A stretch of DNA of 62,252 nucleotides from contig JBDKFG010000025.1 of assembly GCA_039798785.1 (NCBI GenBank), forward strand, positions 2,776 to 65,027. The letters run 5' to 3'. A model generated the notes under the pieces. It was not told where the DNA came from and did no database searches. It saw nothing but the letters and a program-made list of their open reading frames with translations. Each line of letters opens with the position of its first letter. Positions within the stretch are counted from its first letter, which is position 1. Made by a program: the position numbers and the translations under genes. Source of the stretch: Verrucomicrobiota bacterium. GTDB lineage: Bacteria > Verrucomicrobiota > Lentisphaeria > Lentisphaerales > Lentisphaeraceae. Shown here one piece after another: positions 28,470 to 36,969 of the stretch.

Positions 28470-28994
28470 TCAGCGCCCGAGCTTCTTCAAAAGCTCCTGA
28501 CGTCGCGAGCGGTAGCGGTTTTCCGCCTCTTCGTAGTCATCCGCCTTGCCGGCCTGTTTGAGCGCGCCGATGACGATCAGAATGAGCATGCCGAAGCCGA
28601 AAAGCGGAAAGATGGCGGGAGCCCCGATCGAATTGGCGCTGCCGATGAAAAACAGCAGGAAGCCGATTGGCAGGATCAAGACGAGACAGCCGAGATTGGC
28701 GCCTTCCGGTTTCTCCGGATTCCCCTGGCGGTCGCGAGTCAGGTGCCCCTCCCGTTCCAACAACCATTCGCGATCCAGGCGCTCCAGCTCGTTCTGCCAC
28801 TTGATCTGCTCAAGGTCTCCGGCGAGATCGCGGATCTCGTCGCGGACCTGCCGGAGGATCTCGGTGTAGTAGACGCCTTCGCCTTGGACAAGCTTGAGGC
28901 TCGAGCCGCAGAAACGACAGGTGACGAAGGGCGACGAAGCCGGGATCTGCAAAGGAGCGGCGCAGTGATTGCAGGCGACGGGGATGATTTCCAT
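28470..28994 (-). CDS. Zn-ribbon, coiled-coil, 2-TM hypothetical protein
   Basis: CNHC...CRFCGS, two hydrophobic helices, GAGGAGG RBS. Confidence 0.8.
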   Translation of the reverse strand: MEIIPVACNHCAAPLQIPASSPFVTCRFCGSSLKLVQGEGVYYTEILRQVRDEIRDLAGDLEQIKWQNELERLDREWLLEREGHLTRDRQGNPEKPEGANLGCLVLILPIGFLLFFIGSANSIGAPAIFPLFGFGMLILIVIGALKQAGKADDYEEAENRYRSRRQELLKKLGR

Positions 28995-29184
28995 GACAGG
29001 CCTCCTCGGGGGATGGTCCTCCATCCTAGCCTCCCGCGACGCGTCCGTGCTTTCCGAGTCGCGGGGAAAGACGGAATCCGCCGCGGCCACTAAGTTCGGC
29101 AAAAGCGGAGCGATTCCGTAACCCGCCCGCCTCCCGGCTTCCTCTCCTCCCGTGGAAAGCCTGAACCCCGGAGACCTCTTCCCC

Positions 29185-30600
29185 ATGATGCGCCTGCTCA
29201 GCCTCGCCGCCGCCATCCTCCTCCCCGCCGCCGCCCCGGCCGCCGAGGACCGCGCCGTGCCCCCGCGTCCGCCCAACATCATCGTCATCCTCGCCGACGA
29301 CCTCGGCTGGAACGAACTCGGCTGCATCGGCGGCGCCCGCTTCCCCAGCCCGAACCTCGACCGCCTCGCCCAAAACGGCCTGCGCTTCTCCCAGGCCTAC
29401 GCCAACGGCGCCAACTGCCAGCCCTCCCGCGCCTGCCTGCTCTCCGGCAACACCACGCCGCGCCACGAAGTCTACGCCGTCTCCTCCACCGACCGCGGCC
29501 CCGACGGCCCGAAACGACTCGTCCCCGTCCCCAACCGCGATGGCCTGGCCATCGCCGACATCACCTTGGCCGACGCCCTCAAGTCGGCCGGCTACGCCAC
29601 CGGCCACTTCGGCAAATGGCACCTCGCCGGCAAGACCGGAGCGCTCCCCACCCAGCAGGGCTTCGATCTCAGCTACGACTCCTTCGGCGAGGGGCCGCTG
29701 AAGGAAGGCCATGAAGGCAATGAAAAAGGGCCGCCCTCCGACCCGAAAGGCGTCCATGCCCTCACCGACAAGGCCCTCGCCTTCATCGAGACCCACAAGA
29801 AGCAGCCCTTTTTCGTCTATCTGGCGCACCACGCGGTGCACGGCCCCTACCAATCGGCCCCGGAGGATCTCGCCAGGCTCAAGCCGAAGGAGGGCAAGGC
29901 CGCGCTCTATCTCGGCTGCCTCGCCTCCCTCGACCGCAGCGTCGGCAAGCTGGTCGCCCGCCTCGACGAGCTCGGGCTCTCCCGCGACACGGTGATCTTC
30001 TTCGCCTCCGACAACGGCGGCAACGAGCTCTCCCTCGAACCTCTGCGCGGCGCCAAGGGTGGCTACTACGAAGGCGGCATCCGCATCCCCCTCATCGTCC
30101 ACGCCCCCGGACGCCTCAAGCCCGGCATCCTAGCCGCCCCGGCCCAGCTCACCGACCTCTTCCCCACCGCCCTCGAACTCGCCGGCATCCCGGCCCCCAA
30201 GACCCTCGACGGCAACAGCCTCGTCCCCGCCTTCTCCCAAGGCGCCCTGGCCGAGCGCGACCTGTTCTGGCACTTCCCCGGCTACCTCGAAAAACCGGTG
30301 CCCCGCGGCCGCCCCGCCGACGTCAAGGACGGCTTCCGCAGCCGCCCGGTCAGCGTCATCCGCCGCGGCGAATGGAAGCTCCACCTCTTCCACGAGGAAT
30401 GGCTGCTCGACGGCGGCCGCGCCGCCCTGCCCGGCAATCACGCGGTCGAGCTCTACAATCTCGCCCAGGACCCGGGCGAACAGCGCGACCTCGCCGCCAC
30501 CGAGGCGGCCAGGCGCGACGAATTGCTCGAGGCCCTCCTCGCCTGGATGAAACGCACCGAGGCCAAATTCGGCAGCCTCCGCAGGGGGGAGGAGAAATAG
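29185..30600 (+). CDS. Exported formylglycine-dependent (S1) sulfatase
   Basis: PNII.ILADDLG, CQPSRA, GKWHL, SDNGG, YEGGIRIP; signal peptide. Confidence 0.94.
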   Translation: MMRLLSLAAAILLPAAAPAAEDRAVPPRPPNIIVILADDLGWNELGCIGGARFPSPNLDRLAQNGLRFSQAYANGANCQPSRACLLSGNTTPRHEVYAVSSTDRGPDGPKRLVPVPNRDGLAIADITLADALKSAGYATGHFGKWHLAGKTGALPTQQGFDLSYDSFGEGPLKEGHEGNEKGPPSDPKGVHALTDKALAFIETHKKQPFFVYLAHHAVHGPYQSAPEDLARLKPKEGKAALYLGCLASLDRSVGKLVARLDELGLSRDTVIFFASDNGGNELSLEPLRGAKGGYYEGGIRIPLIVHAPGRLKPGILAAPAQLTDLFPTALELAGIPAPKTLDGNSLVPAFSQGALAERDLFWHFPGYLEKPVPRGRPADVKDGFRSRPVSVIRRGEWKLHLFHEEWLLDGGRAALPGNHAVELYNLAQDPGEQRDLAATEAARRDELLEALLAWMKRTEAKFGSLRRGEEK

Positions 30601-30621
30601 CCCGGGGATGAGCGCGTCGCC

Positions 30622-31542
30622 TCAGATTCCGGCCGGAACCGGGTAGTTTTCCCGAGGATCGAGATGGACCAGGCATTCCGATCCGGGCCAGCGCTCGACC
30701 ACCCGCTGCTCCAGCGCCTCGGCGATGTCATGCGCCTGCCGCAGCGGCAGAGAGCCGTCGACCTCGATATGGAGCTGGAAGAAATAGCTGGTGCCCGACT
30801 GGCGGGTCTTGAGATCGTGGAACCCGAGGATGCGCTTGTCGCAACGGACAAGGCCGGCGAACTCGCATGTCACTTCCGCCGGCAGCTCGTGATCGAGCAG
30901 CATGTCGAGGGATTTGCTGATGATCTGCCAGGCGGAACGGATGATCAGGATGCCGGTGAGCAGGCCGGCGACCGCGTCGGCATAGGGGACGCCGCGGGCT
31001 TCAAGGAGGAGCGCGACAATGACGCCGGCGTTGGCGAGCAGGTCCCCGACGTAGTGGAGGGAGTCAGCTTCGATCGCGGTCGACCCGGAGATCCGGATGG
31101 CATAGCGCTGGAAGAGGACGAGGAAGGAGGTCAGGACCATCGACAGCAACATGACGCCGATGCCGAGCCCGGTGTGCTCAAGTTCGCGAGGGTGGATGAA
31201 GCGGTCGGCGGCATTCCACAGGACTGCGACGGCGGAGCCCATGATGAAGGCGGCCTGGGCGAGGCCGGCTATGGCTTCGGCCTTGCCGTGGCCGAAGCGG
31301 TGCTCTTCGTCAGGCGGCTGAAGGGAGTAGCGGACGGCGAGCAGGGTGATGATCGAGGTGAAGGCGTCGAGGAGCGAGTCGAGCAGCGAGGCCATCAGGG
31401 TGACGGATCCGGTGGCTCGCCAGGCCCAGAGCTTGGCGACGATGAGGATCAAGGCGACGGCGACCGAAGCGCGTGCGGCGGCGGTCATCAGGCGGGCATG
31501 ACGTGCGTCCTGAGGGGGGCTGGAGGAGCTGGCGGCATCCAT
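30622..31542 (-). CDS. fieF: Cation diffusion facilitator (FieF/YiiP-like)
   Basis: ASLLDSLLD, PPDEEHRFGHGKAE, ADSLHY..D, HDLKTRQSG, HLDP. Confidence 0.9.
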   Translation of the reverse strand: MDAASSSSPPQDARHARLMTAAARASVAVALILIVAKLWAWRATGSVTLMASLLDSLLDAFTSIITLLAVRYSLQPPDEEHRFGHGKAEAIAGLAQAAFIMGSAVAVLWNAADRFIHPRELEHTGLGIGVMLLSMVLTSFLVLFQRYAIRISGSTAIEADSLHYVGDLLANAGVIVALLLEARGVPYADAVAGLLTGILIIRSAWQIISKSLDMLLDHELPAEVTCEFAGLVRCDKRILGFHDLKTRQSGTSYFFQLHIEVDGSLPLRQAHDIAEALEQRVVERWPGSECLVHLDPRENYPVPAGI

Positions 31543-31648
31543 GGGGAATCCTAGGAGCTGGAGAAAAGTGGAGCGGCAATCTAGCCTGCCCGGCGAGGAT
31601 TTCCGCCGTCCGGCGCTAAAGTCCGGAGATCAACCAGGAGTCCCGAAC

Positions 31649-32194
31649 ATGCGCCCAGTCCTCGTCGCCGCCGTCGCTCTCTCCCTGTTCCCGAGCTGCG
31701 TCTACACCACGGACCGCAGCCGCGACCTCGCGGACTGCTTCACCTGCGAAGTCGGCCGCACCAACGGCCTGAAGCTGCGGGCCAGCGGCCTCACTCTCGG
31801 CGCCGACTTCCACCAGCCCAAGACCGGGCTGGCCCAGGGGCGATTCTTCTACACCGAGGACGCCGATGCCAAAGGAGAAGCCCTGGAAGGCCATCTGCTG
31901 CTGGTCGGCGAGGAGCGCACCAGCTTCGACCCGGCGGACATCGCCGGCAAGCGCCATAAGCAGTGGAAGACGGACCAGTTCCTGATGAGCTCGTGGTGCG
32001 AAAATCCCTGGTCCGACTGGCCCGGCGACGAAGCCGGAGCCGCATATTACGGTCAGCTCGAGGCGACCCTTGGACTTTACGGCGGCCTGAAGCTCGGCGT
32101 CAACGCCGCCGAGATTGGCGACCTCTTCCTCGGTCTCTTCGGCGTCGATCTCCTCGAAGACGACGTGGCCGACCAGGAGATCGACGCGGACTGA
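31649..32194 (+). CDS. Hypothetical lipoprotein
   Basis: AGGAG RBS, lipobox FPSC, DR.RDLAD...LG.N.AE..D..LG.FG.D pattern. Confidence 0.7.
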   Translation: MRPVLVAAVALSLFPSCVYTTDRSRDLADCFTCEVGRTNGLKLRASGLTLGADFHQPKTGLAQGRFFYTEDADAKGEALEGHLLLVGEERTSFDPADIAGKRHKQWKTDQFLMSSWCENPWSDWPGDEAGAAYYGQLEATLGLYGGLKLGVNAAEIGDLFLGLFGVDLLEDDVADQEIDAD

Positions 32195-32236
32195 AATCCG
32201 GAAGCCAGCCCGGCCGACCGAGCAGGCCCGGCGAAT

Positions 32237-33172
32237 TCAGGTCTCGCTGCGGCGGTAGGAGCTGGGCGACACGCCCATGATGCGCTTGAAGGCGCGGTGG
32301 AAGTTCTGGAAGTCGACGTAGCCGACCTCGTAGGCGATCTCGCTGAGGGTCAGCGAGCTCTTCTTGATCAGGACGATGGCGTGATAGATCCGCAGCTCGT
32401 TCAGGTAGGAGACGAAGCTCTTTCCGGTGATGTCCTTGAAGACCGAACGGAAATAGGTGGAGCTCAGGCCGCTGCGCTCGATCATCTGCTCGACATGCAG
32501 GTCCTTGCGGTAGTTCTCCTGGATGTAGCTGATGATCTGCTGGACCTTGGGGAAATGCTGCCGCAAGGGGTGCAGCGGCTGGGGCGCCGGCCCCTCCTTG
32601 AGCTTGAGGTAATGGCGGGCGAGGAGCGACAGGACGCGGATGAAGTTGGCGTGCAGGGAGAGCCTGGCGATCTCGCCGTTGTCGTTGAAGTCGTCCTGCA
32701 TCTGCCAGAAGAGATCGCGCAGAACCAGCGCCTCGGCCTCGACGAGGTTGAACTTGCGCAGGACGCAGGCGCCCTTGGCGATGTCGAGGAAAGGAGCGAA
32801 ATAACAGCGGGTGAAGCGCGGCGAGTCGTCGACGGTGAAGGGGGTGTCGAAGGCGGTGTCGACGAAGGAGGGCATGAAGCTGACGGTGAAGATCTCGGCG
32901 CCGGGCATGTAGTCGTTGCGGTGCATCATGAAGCTGGGGACGACGATGATCTCCCCGGCGCGGACGTGATCGACCTTGCCGTCGGTCTCGTGGGTGCACT
33001 CGCCCTTCTCGACGTAGAGCATCTGCATGAATTCGTGGCTGTGCTCCTGCGAAACCAGGCGGACCAGAGCCTCCGACTCGGAACGGACGACGTTGTGCGA
33101 GATATGGAAGGGGAAGTCGAGCGACACGGTGGTGTCGGCGGTGTAGACCTTGAAGAACTGGTTGTTGCTCAT
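32237..33172 (-). CDS. AraC family transcriptional regulator (cupin plus HTH)
   Basis: HSHEF cupin; YF...FK..TG.SF..YLN..RI, IA..VGY.D...F.R.FK...G.SP..YR. Confidence 0.93.
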   Translation of the reverse strand: MSNNQFFKVYTADTTVSLDFPFHISHNVVRSESEALVRLVSQEHSHEFMQMLYVEKGECTHETDGKVDHVRAGEIIVVPSFMMHRNDYMPGAEIFTVSFMPSFVDTAFDTPFTVDDSPRFTRCYFAPFLDIAKGACVLRKFNLVEAEALVLRDLFWQMQDDFNDNGEIARLSLHANFIRVLSLLARHYLKLKEGPAPQPLHPLRQHFPKVQQIISYIQENYRKDLHVEQMIERSGLSSTYFRSVFKDITGKSFVSYLNELRIYHAIVLIKKSSLTLSEIAYEVGYVDFQNFHRAFKRIMGVSPSSYRRSET

Positions 33173-33211
33173 GGGGCGGCCCTTGGAAAGATGAGTGAAT
33201 CTAGAGCCGGT

Positions 33212-34300
33212 TCAGGAAGCCGTCCCGGCGAAGGGCCGGTAAAGGCTGTCACGCTCGACCGGAGAACGGCCGCGGCGGCTGATCTCGTCGCGCAGGAAGC
33301 CGGAGGTGAGGGTGGGATTCTGCATCGAGCCGGCCATCGAGTAGATCTTGGTCGAGTCATCGACGGTGCCGTCGAGGTCGTCGACGCCCCATTGGAGGGC
33401 TTCGAAGGCCTTGTCGACGCCGAGCATCACCCAGTAGGCCTTGAGGTGGGGGATGTTGTCGAGGAAGAGGCGGGCGACAGAGTAGTTGCGCAGGTCCTGC
33501 TCGAGGTCGACTTCAGGCATGTCGGACATGCGGTTGTTCTCGTTGCGGAAGCGGAGGGGGATGAAGGCCATGAAGCCGCGGGTCTTGTCCTGCAGGTCGC
33601 GCAACTGCTTCATGTGGTCGACGCGGTGGGCGAAGGATTCGATATGGCCGTACAGCATGGTGGCGTTGCTGCGCAGGCCGATGCGGTGGCCGGTGCCGTG
33701 GACTTCGAGCCAGCGGTTGGCGGGGGCCTTGCCGCCGGCGATCTTGCGGCGCACCGAGTCGTCGAAGATCTCGGCGCCGCCGCCGGGGAGGGATCCTAGC
33801 CCGGCGCCTTGCAGACGTCGCAATGCGTCTTCGACGCTGACGCCGCTGACCTTGGCCATCCAGGTGATTTCGACCGCGGTGAAGGCCTTGATGTGGAGCT
33901 CGGGGCGGCGCTGGCGGATGAAGCCGACGAGGGCTTCGCCGAAGTCGACGCCGCGCTCCGGGTGGACGCCGCCGGTGATGTGGATCTCGGTAAGAGCGCC
34001 AACTGGGTAGGCGTCAAGGCGGCGAGCCAGCTCGTCGAAGCCGTAGTCCCAGGCTCCTTCGGCCTCGGTGGCGCCGGGCTTGCGGGCGAAGGCGCAGAAC
34101 TTGCAGGCGTAGACGCACTTGTTGGTCGGTTCGAAGTGGATGTTGCGGTTGTAGAAGGCGGCGTCGCCGTGGCGGCGGCGGCGCTCGGCATCCGCCCTCT
34201 GCCGCAGCCAGTCCGAAGGAGCGGATTCATACAGCCAGAGCGCCTGCTCCGGGCTCAGGCGGCGTCCGGCATCCAGGTCGCTAGTGATGGTCTCAAGCAT
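33212..34300 (-). CDS. mqnE: Aminofutalosine synthase (CofH/MqnE radical SAM)
   Basis: TNKCVYACKFCAF, HIKAFTAVEI, LPGGGAEIF, SNATMLYGH.E, HLKAYWVM, DDLDGT. Confidence 0.85.
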   Translation of the reverse strand: MLETITSDLDAGRRLSPEQALWLYESAPSDWLRQRADAERRRRHGDAAFYNRNIHFEPTNKCVYACKFCAFARKPGATEAEGAWDYGFDELARRLDAYPVGALTEIHITGGVHPERGVDFGEALVGFIRQRRPELHIKAFTAVEITWMAKVSGVSVEDALRRLQGAGLGSLPGGGAEIFDDSVRRKIAGGKAPANRWLEVHGTGHRIGLRSNATMLYGHIESFAHRVDHMKQLRDLQDKTRGFMAFIPLRFRNENNRMSDMPEVDLEQDLRNYSVARLFLDNIPHLKAYWVMLGVDKAFEALQWGVDDLDGTVDDSTKIYSMAGSMQNPTLTSGFLRDEISRRGRSPVERDSLYRPFAGTAS

Positions 34301-34374
34301 CTCAATGTCTCCGGTGATTCTCGTCCGGCAAGCTAGCATCCGGCGCGGAATTGAGAAGGCGGGGCAGGGCTAAC

Positions 34375-34397
34375 AAAAGGCCCGCCGGGAAGGCGGG
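34375..34397 (-). terminator. Possible intrinsic terminator after the Kelch-MFS gene
   Basis: Minus strand cccgcc-ttccc-ggcggg followed by ccttttg. Confidence 0.4.
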
Positions 34398-34439
34398 GGC
34401 AGTGGAATCGATTGTCAGTGACGGCGCGGCGGCATGCGC

Positions 34440-36890
34440 CTAAGCATCGCCTCTGGCGTTCTTGGGTTTCGGCAGCAGCCAGAGGAGGAGGCCGGCGAGG
34501 AGGAGGAAGAGGCCGGAGCCGGCGAGGCTGGTGGTGTAGGGAATTTGCATGTCTTTAAGAGCGCCGCTGAAGTAAGCCGTGCAGCCGCCGAAGCCGGCGC
34601 CGACGAGGTTGAGGAATCCATAGCCGGTGGCAGCGAAGCGTTCGTCGATATGGCTGCGTAGCATCGGCATCAAGTTGGCGTCGAGGGCGCCCTGAGCCAG
34701 GCCCTGGCAGCAGAGGCAGGCGATGAAGAGGTACAGGGGCAGATCCAATAAAGTGCAGAGGATGACCGGGCCGGCGAGGAGGAAGAGGAGGGCCGGGACC
34801 AGCGACCGGGCTTTGGCCTGAGTCCGGATCCAGCGGTCGACCAGGAGGGCCGAGGCGATGCAGGCGACGTATTTAGCGATCGAGCTCGGCCCGGTGGCGT
34901 AATAGGCCGAATCCGTGAGGGAGATCTTGAACTCCTCCTGGATCATCAGAGGGCCCCAGGTGAGGATGAACCAGTTGCCGACCGAGGCGCAGCCCATGAC
35001 TCCGAGGAGCATCCAGAACGCCTTGACGCGGAAGAGGCTTCCGAGGATTTCCCGGATCGAGGGGCGGGGTTCCGGAGGAGTCGGGGCGGTCTCTTCTGCT
35101 GCGGCGGTTTCGCTCTTGCCCGGTTCCTTGAGGAAGAGGATGAGGAGGAATGCGTAGGTGATGCCGATCAGGCCGAAAATGGCGAAGGCGAGGCGCCAGC
35201 CCTGGGATTCGGCGGTGGCGGCCCCGAGGCCGGCGAGGGCCTGGCCGGCGTAGATGCCGCTCATGTGCAGGCCAGTGGCAAGCGAGCGGGTGGGGCCGCG
35301 GTGGAAGTCAGTAATCAGGGCGAGGGCGGCGGGGATGTAGAAGGCTTCGGAGATGCCCATCAGGGCGCGGGCGACGAGGAGCTGCTCGTAGGTCTGGCAA
35401 TGGCCGGTGGCCCAGGTGACCAGTGACCAGACGACGAGGGAGATCAAAATCACCAGGCGGCGGGAATAGCGGTCGGCGAGGATGCCGCCGAGGGGCGAGC
35501 AGGCGGAGTAGATGAAGAGGAAGACCGCGGTGAGCAGGCCGAAGGCCTTGTCGGTCTGGGGAAGGTCGCGGCAGATCGGCATCTTCATCGTCCCGAGAAG
35601 CTGGCGGTCGAGGTAGTTGAGCATGGCGACGAAGAAGAGCAGGCCGACGCAGGCCCAGGCGCCGCGGGGCAAGGCGAGATCTTGACTGCTGAGGCGGCCG
35701 AGCGAGCCGAAGCCGTGGCGGCGGATCTGCCAGCCGATGCAAATCGCGGCGAGCAGGGAGAGTCCGAGGACGAGCATGTCGACGGTGGAAAACTGGAAGC
35801 GAGGAAGCAGCTCGGAGCTGAAGTTTTGCGGCGTCCGCACGCCGGGCCGGATTTCGCCGGAGATCGAAATCAGGTTGCGGCCGGCGACCAGCAGCGGCGT
35901 GGTGACGATGCCTTCCGGCCATTGGCCCAGGTTCGACCAGGCTTGGCGGCGCGGGTCGTAGGCGAGGATTTCGCGCCGCTGGCCGGGATGTTCCTGCGGC
36001 TTCTTGCCGAAGTGGGCGCCGTCATCGCCGCCGACGAAGAGGAGAAAGCCTTCACGTGCGGCCGCCGGCCCGGCGCAAGCTGCGAGGGGCCGAGGCATGC
36101 GGGCGGGCGGCGCCAGCCACATGTCACCAGGCTTTTTCGCCGTCGGCAGGAAACTCAGCCCGCTGGCGAGGTATTCCCGCGTCGGCTTGCCGTCTGAGCC
36201 GCTCTTGAGGAAGCAGCCGCCGAAGAGGTGGATGCGGCCGTCAAGCGCGCCGGCAGTGGCGAGGATCCGTCCTTCGCCGGGAAGATCGGGGAGCTTGACC
36301 CAGGACTGCTTGAGACTTTCCGGCTGGGCCGGATCGATCTTGGAAAAGTCCAGTTTGTAGACCGAGCGCGAGGCGGAAACGGCCTCCGGTGAGCTTGAGC
36401 CGCCAAAGACGAAGAGCTGTCCGTTGTCGCTGCAGAAGGCGGGATAGGCGAGGGGCTCCGGCAGCGGCGCCAGGGCGTGGGCACCCCCCTTCGCGTCGAT
36501 CAGCCAAGTCGCATCGAAATGCTGCCTGGCGTCGCAGCCGCCGGCAATGATCAATCCCTTGGGTGATGCAGCAAAGGCGGCATAGGCGAGAGGGTGCGGC
36601 AGCGCCCCGATCCGGCTCCAGGCTCCCTGGCGAAGCAGATAGATGTCGTCATGAAACACTTTCGCCCCGCCTTCCCAGGGAGCCTGGCCCGGGAAGTTGG
36701 CGCCGCCGACACTCAGCACGCTCAGTGGCGCATCCGGACCGGAAAGCAAGGCGGCGGCAAGACCGGCTCGGCCCGTCGCGTCAGGCAGCGCCGGCAAACC
36801 CTGGCCGCTTCGGATCTCCAGCTCGGCCCGCACAGGCAGCACCAGGAAAAGAAGTCCGACGGCAAATGATGTGAGGAGCTTCTGAATCAT
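34440..36890 (-). CDS. Fusion of exported NanM-like Kelch beta-propeller and MFS sugar-acid (putative sialate) transporter
   Basis: Signal peptide; GGANFP..PWEGG.K, GGDDG, SGEIRPGVRTP; linker TM; MFS motifs LNYLDRQ, GGILADRYSRR, ARALMGISEA. Confidence 0.88.
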   Translation of the reverse strand: MIQKLLTSFAVGLLFLVLPVRAELEIRSGQGLPALPDATGRAGLAAALLSGPDAPLSVLSVGGANFPGQAPWEGGAKVFHDDIYLLRQGAWSRIGALPHPLAYAAFAASPKGLIIAGGCDARQHFDATWLIDAKGGAHALAPLPEPLAYPAFCSDNGQLFVFGGSSSPEAVSASRSVYKLDFSKIDPAQPESLKQSWVKLPDLPGEGRILATAGALDGRIHLFGGCFLKSGSDGKPTREYLASGLSFLPTAKKPGDMWLAPPARMPRPLAACAGPAAAREGFLLFVGGDDGAHFGKKPQEHPGQRREILAYDPRRQAWSNLGQWPEGIVTTPLLVAGRNLISISGEIRPGVRTPQNFSSELLPRFQFSTVDMLVLGLSLLAAICIGWQIRRHGFGSLGRLSSQDLALPRGAWACVGLLFFVAMLNYLDRQLLGTMKMPICRDLPQTDKAFGLLTAVFLFIYSACSPLGGILADRYSRRLVILISLVVWSLVTWATGHCQTYEQLLVARALMGISEAFYIPAALALITDFHRGPTRSLATGLHMSGIYAGQALAGLGAATAESQGWRLAFAIFGLIGITYAFLLILFLKEPGKSETAAAEETAPTPPEPRPSIREILGSLFRVKAFWMLLGVMGCASVGNWFILTWGPLMIQEEFKISLTDSAYYATGPSSIAKYVACIASALLVDRWIRTQAKARSLVPALLFLLAGPVILCTLLDLPLYLFIACLCCQGLAQGALDANLMPMLRSHIDERFAATGYGFLNLVGAGFGGCTAYFSGALKDMQIPYTTSLAGSGLFLLLAGLLLWLLPKPKNARGDA

Positions 36891-36928
36891 GGTCAACCCG
36901 CCTCTGATTGTATTGATTTTATTTTCAA

Positions 36929-36957
36929 ATTATAAATCCAATACATTCACAAGTCAA
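36929..36957 (-). promoter_or_regulatory. Near-consensus sigma70 promoter overlapped by an imperfect inverted repeat
   Basis: TTGACT-N17-TATAAT on the minus strand; TGTATTGGATTT...AAAATCAATACA flank the -10. Confidence 0.75.
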
Positions 36958-36969
36958 GGGAAGGTCCGC

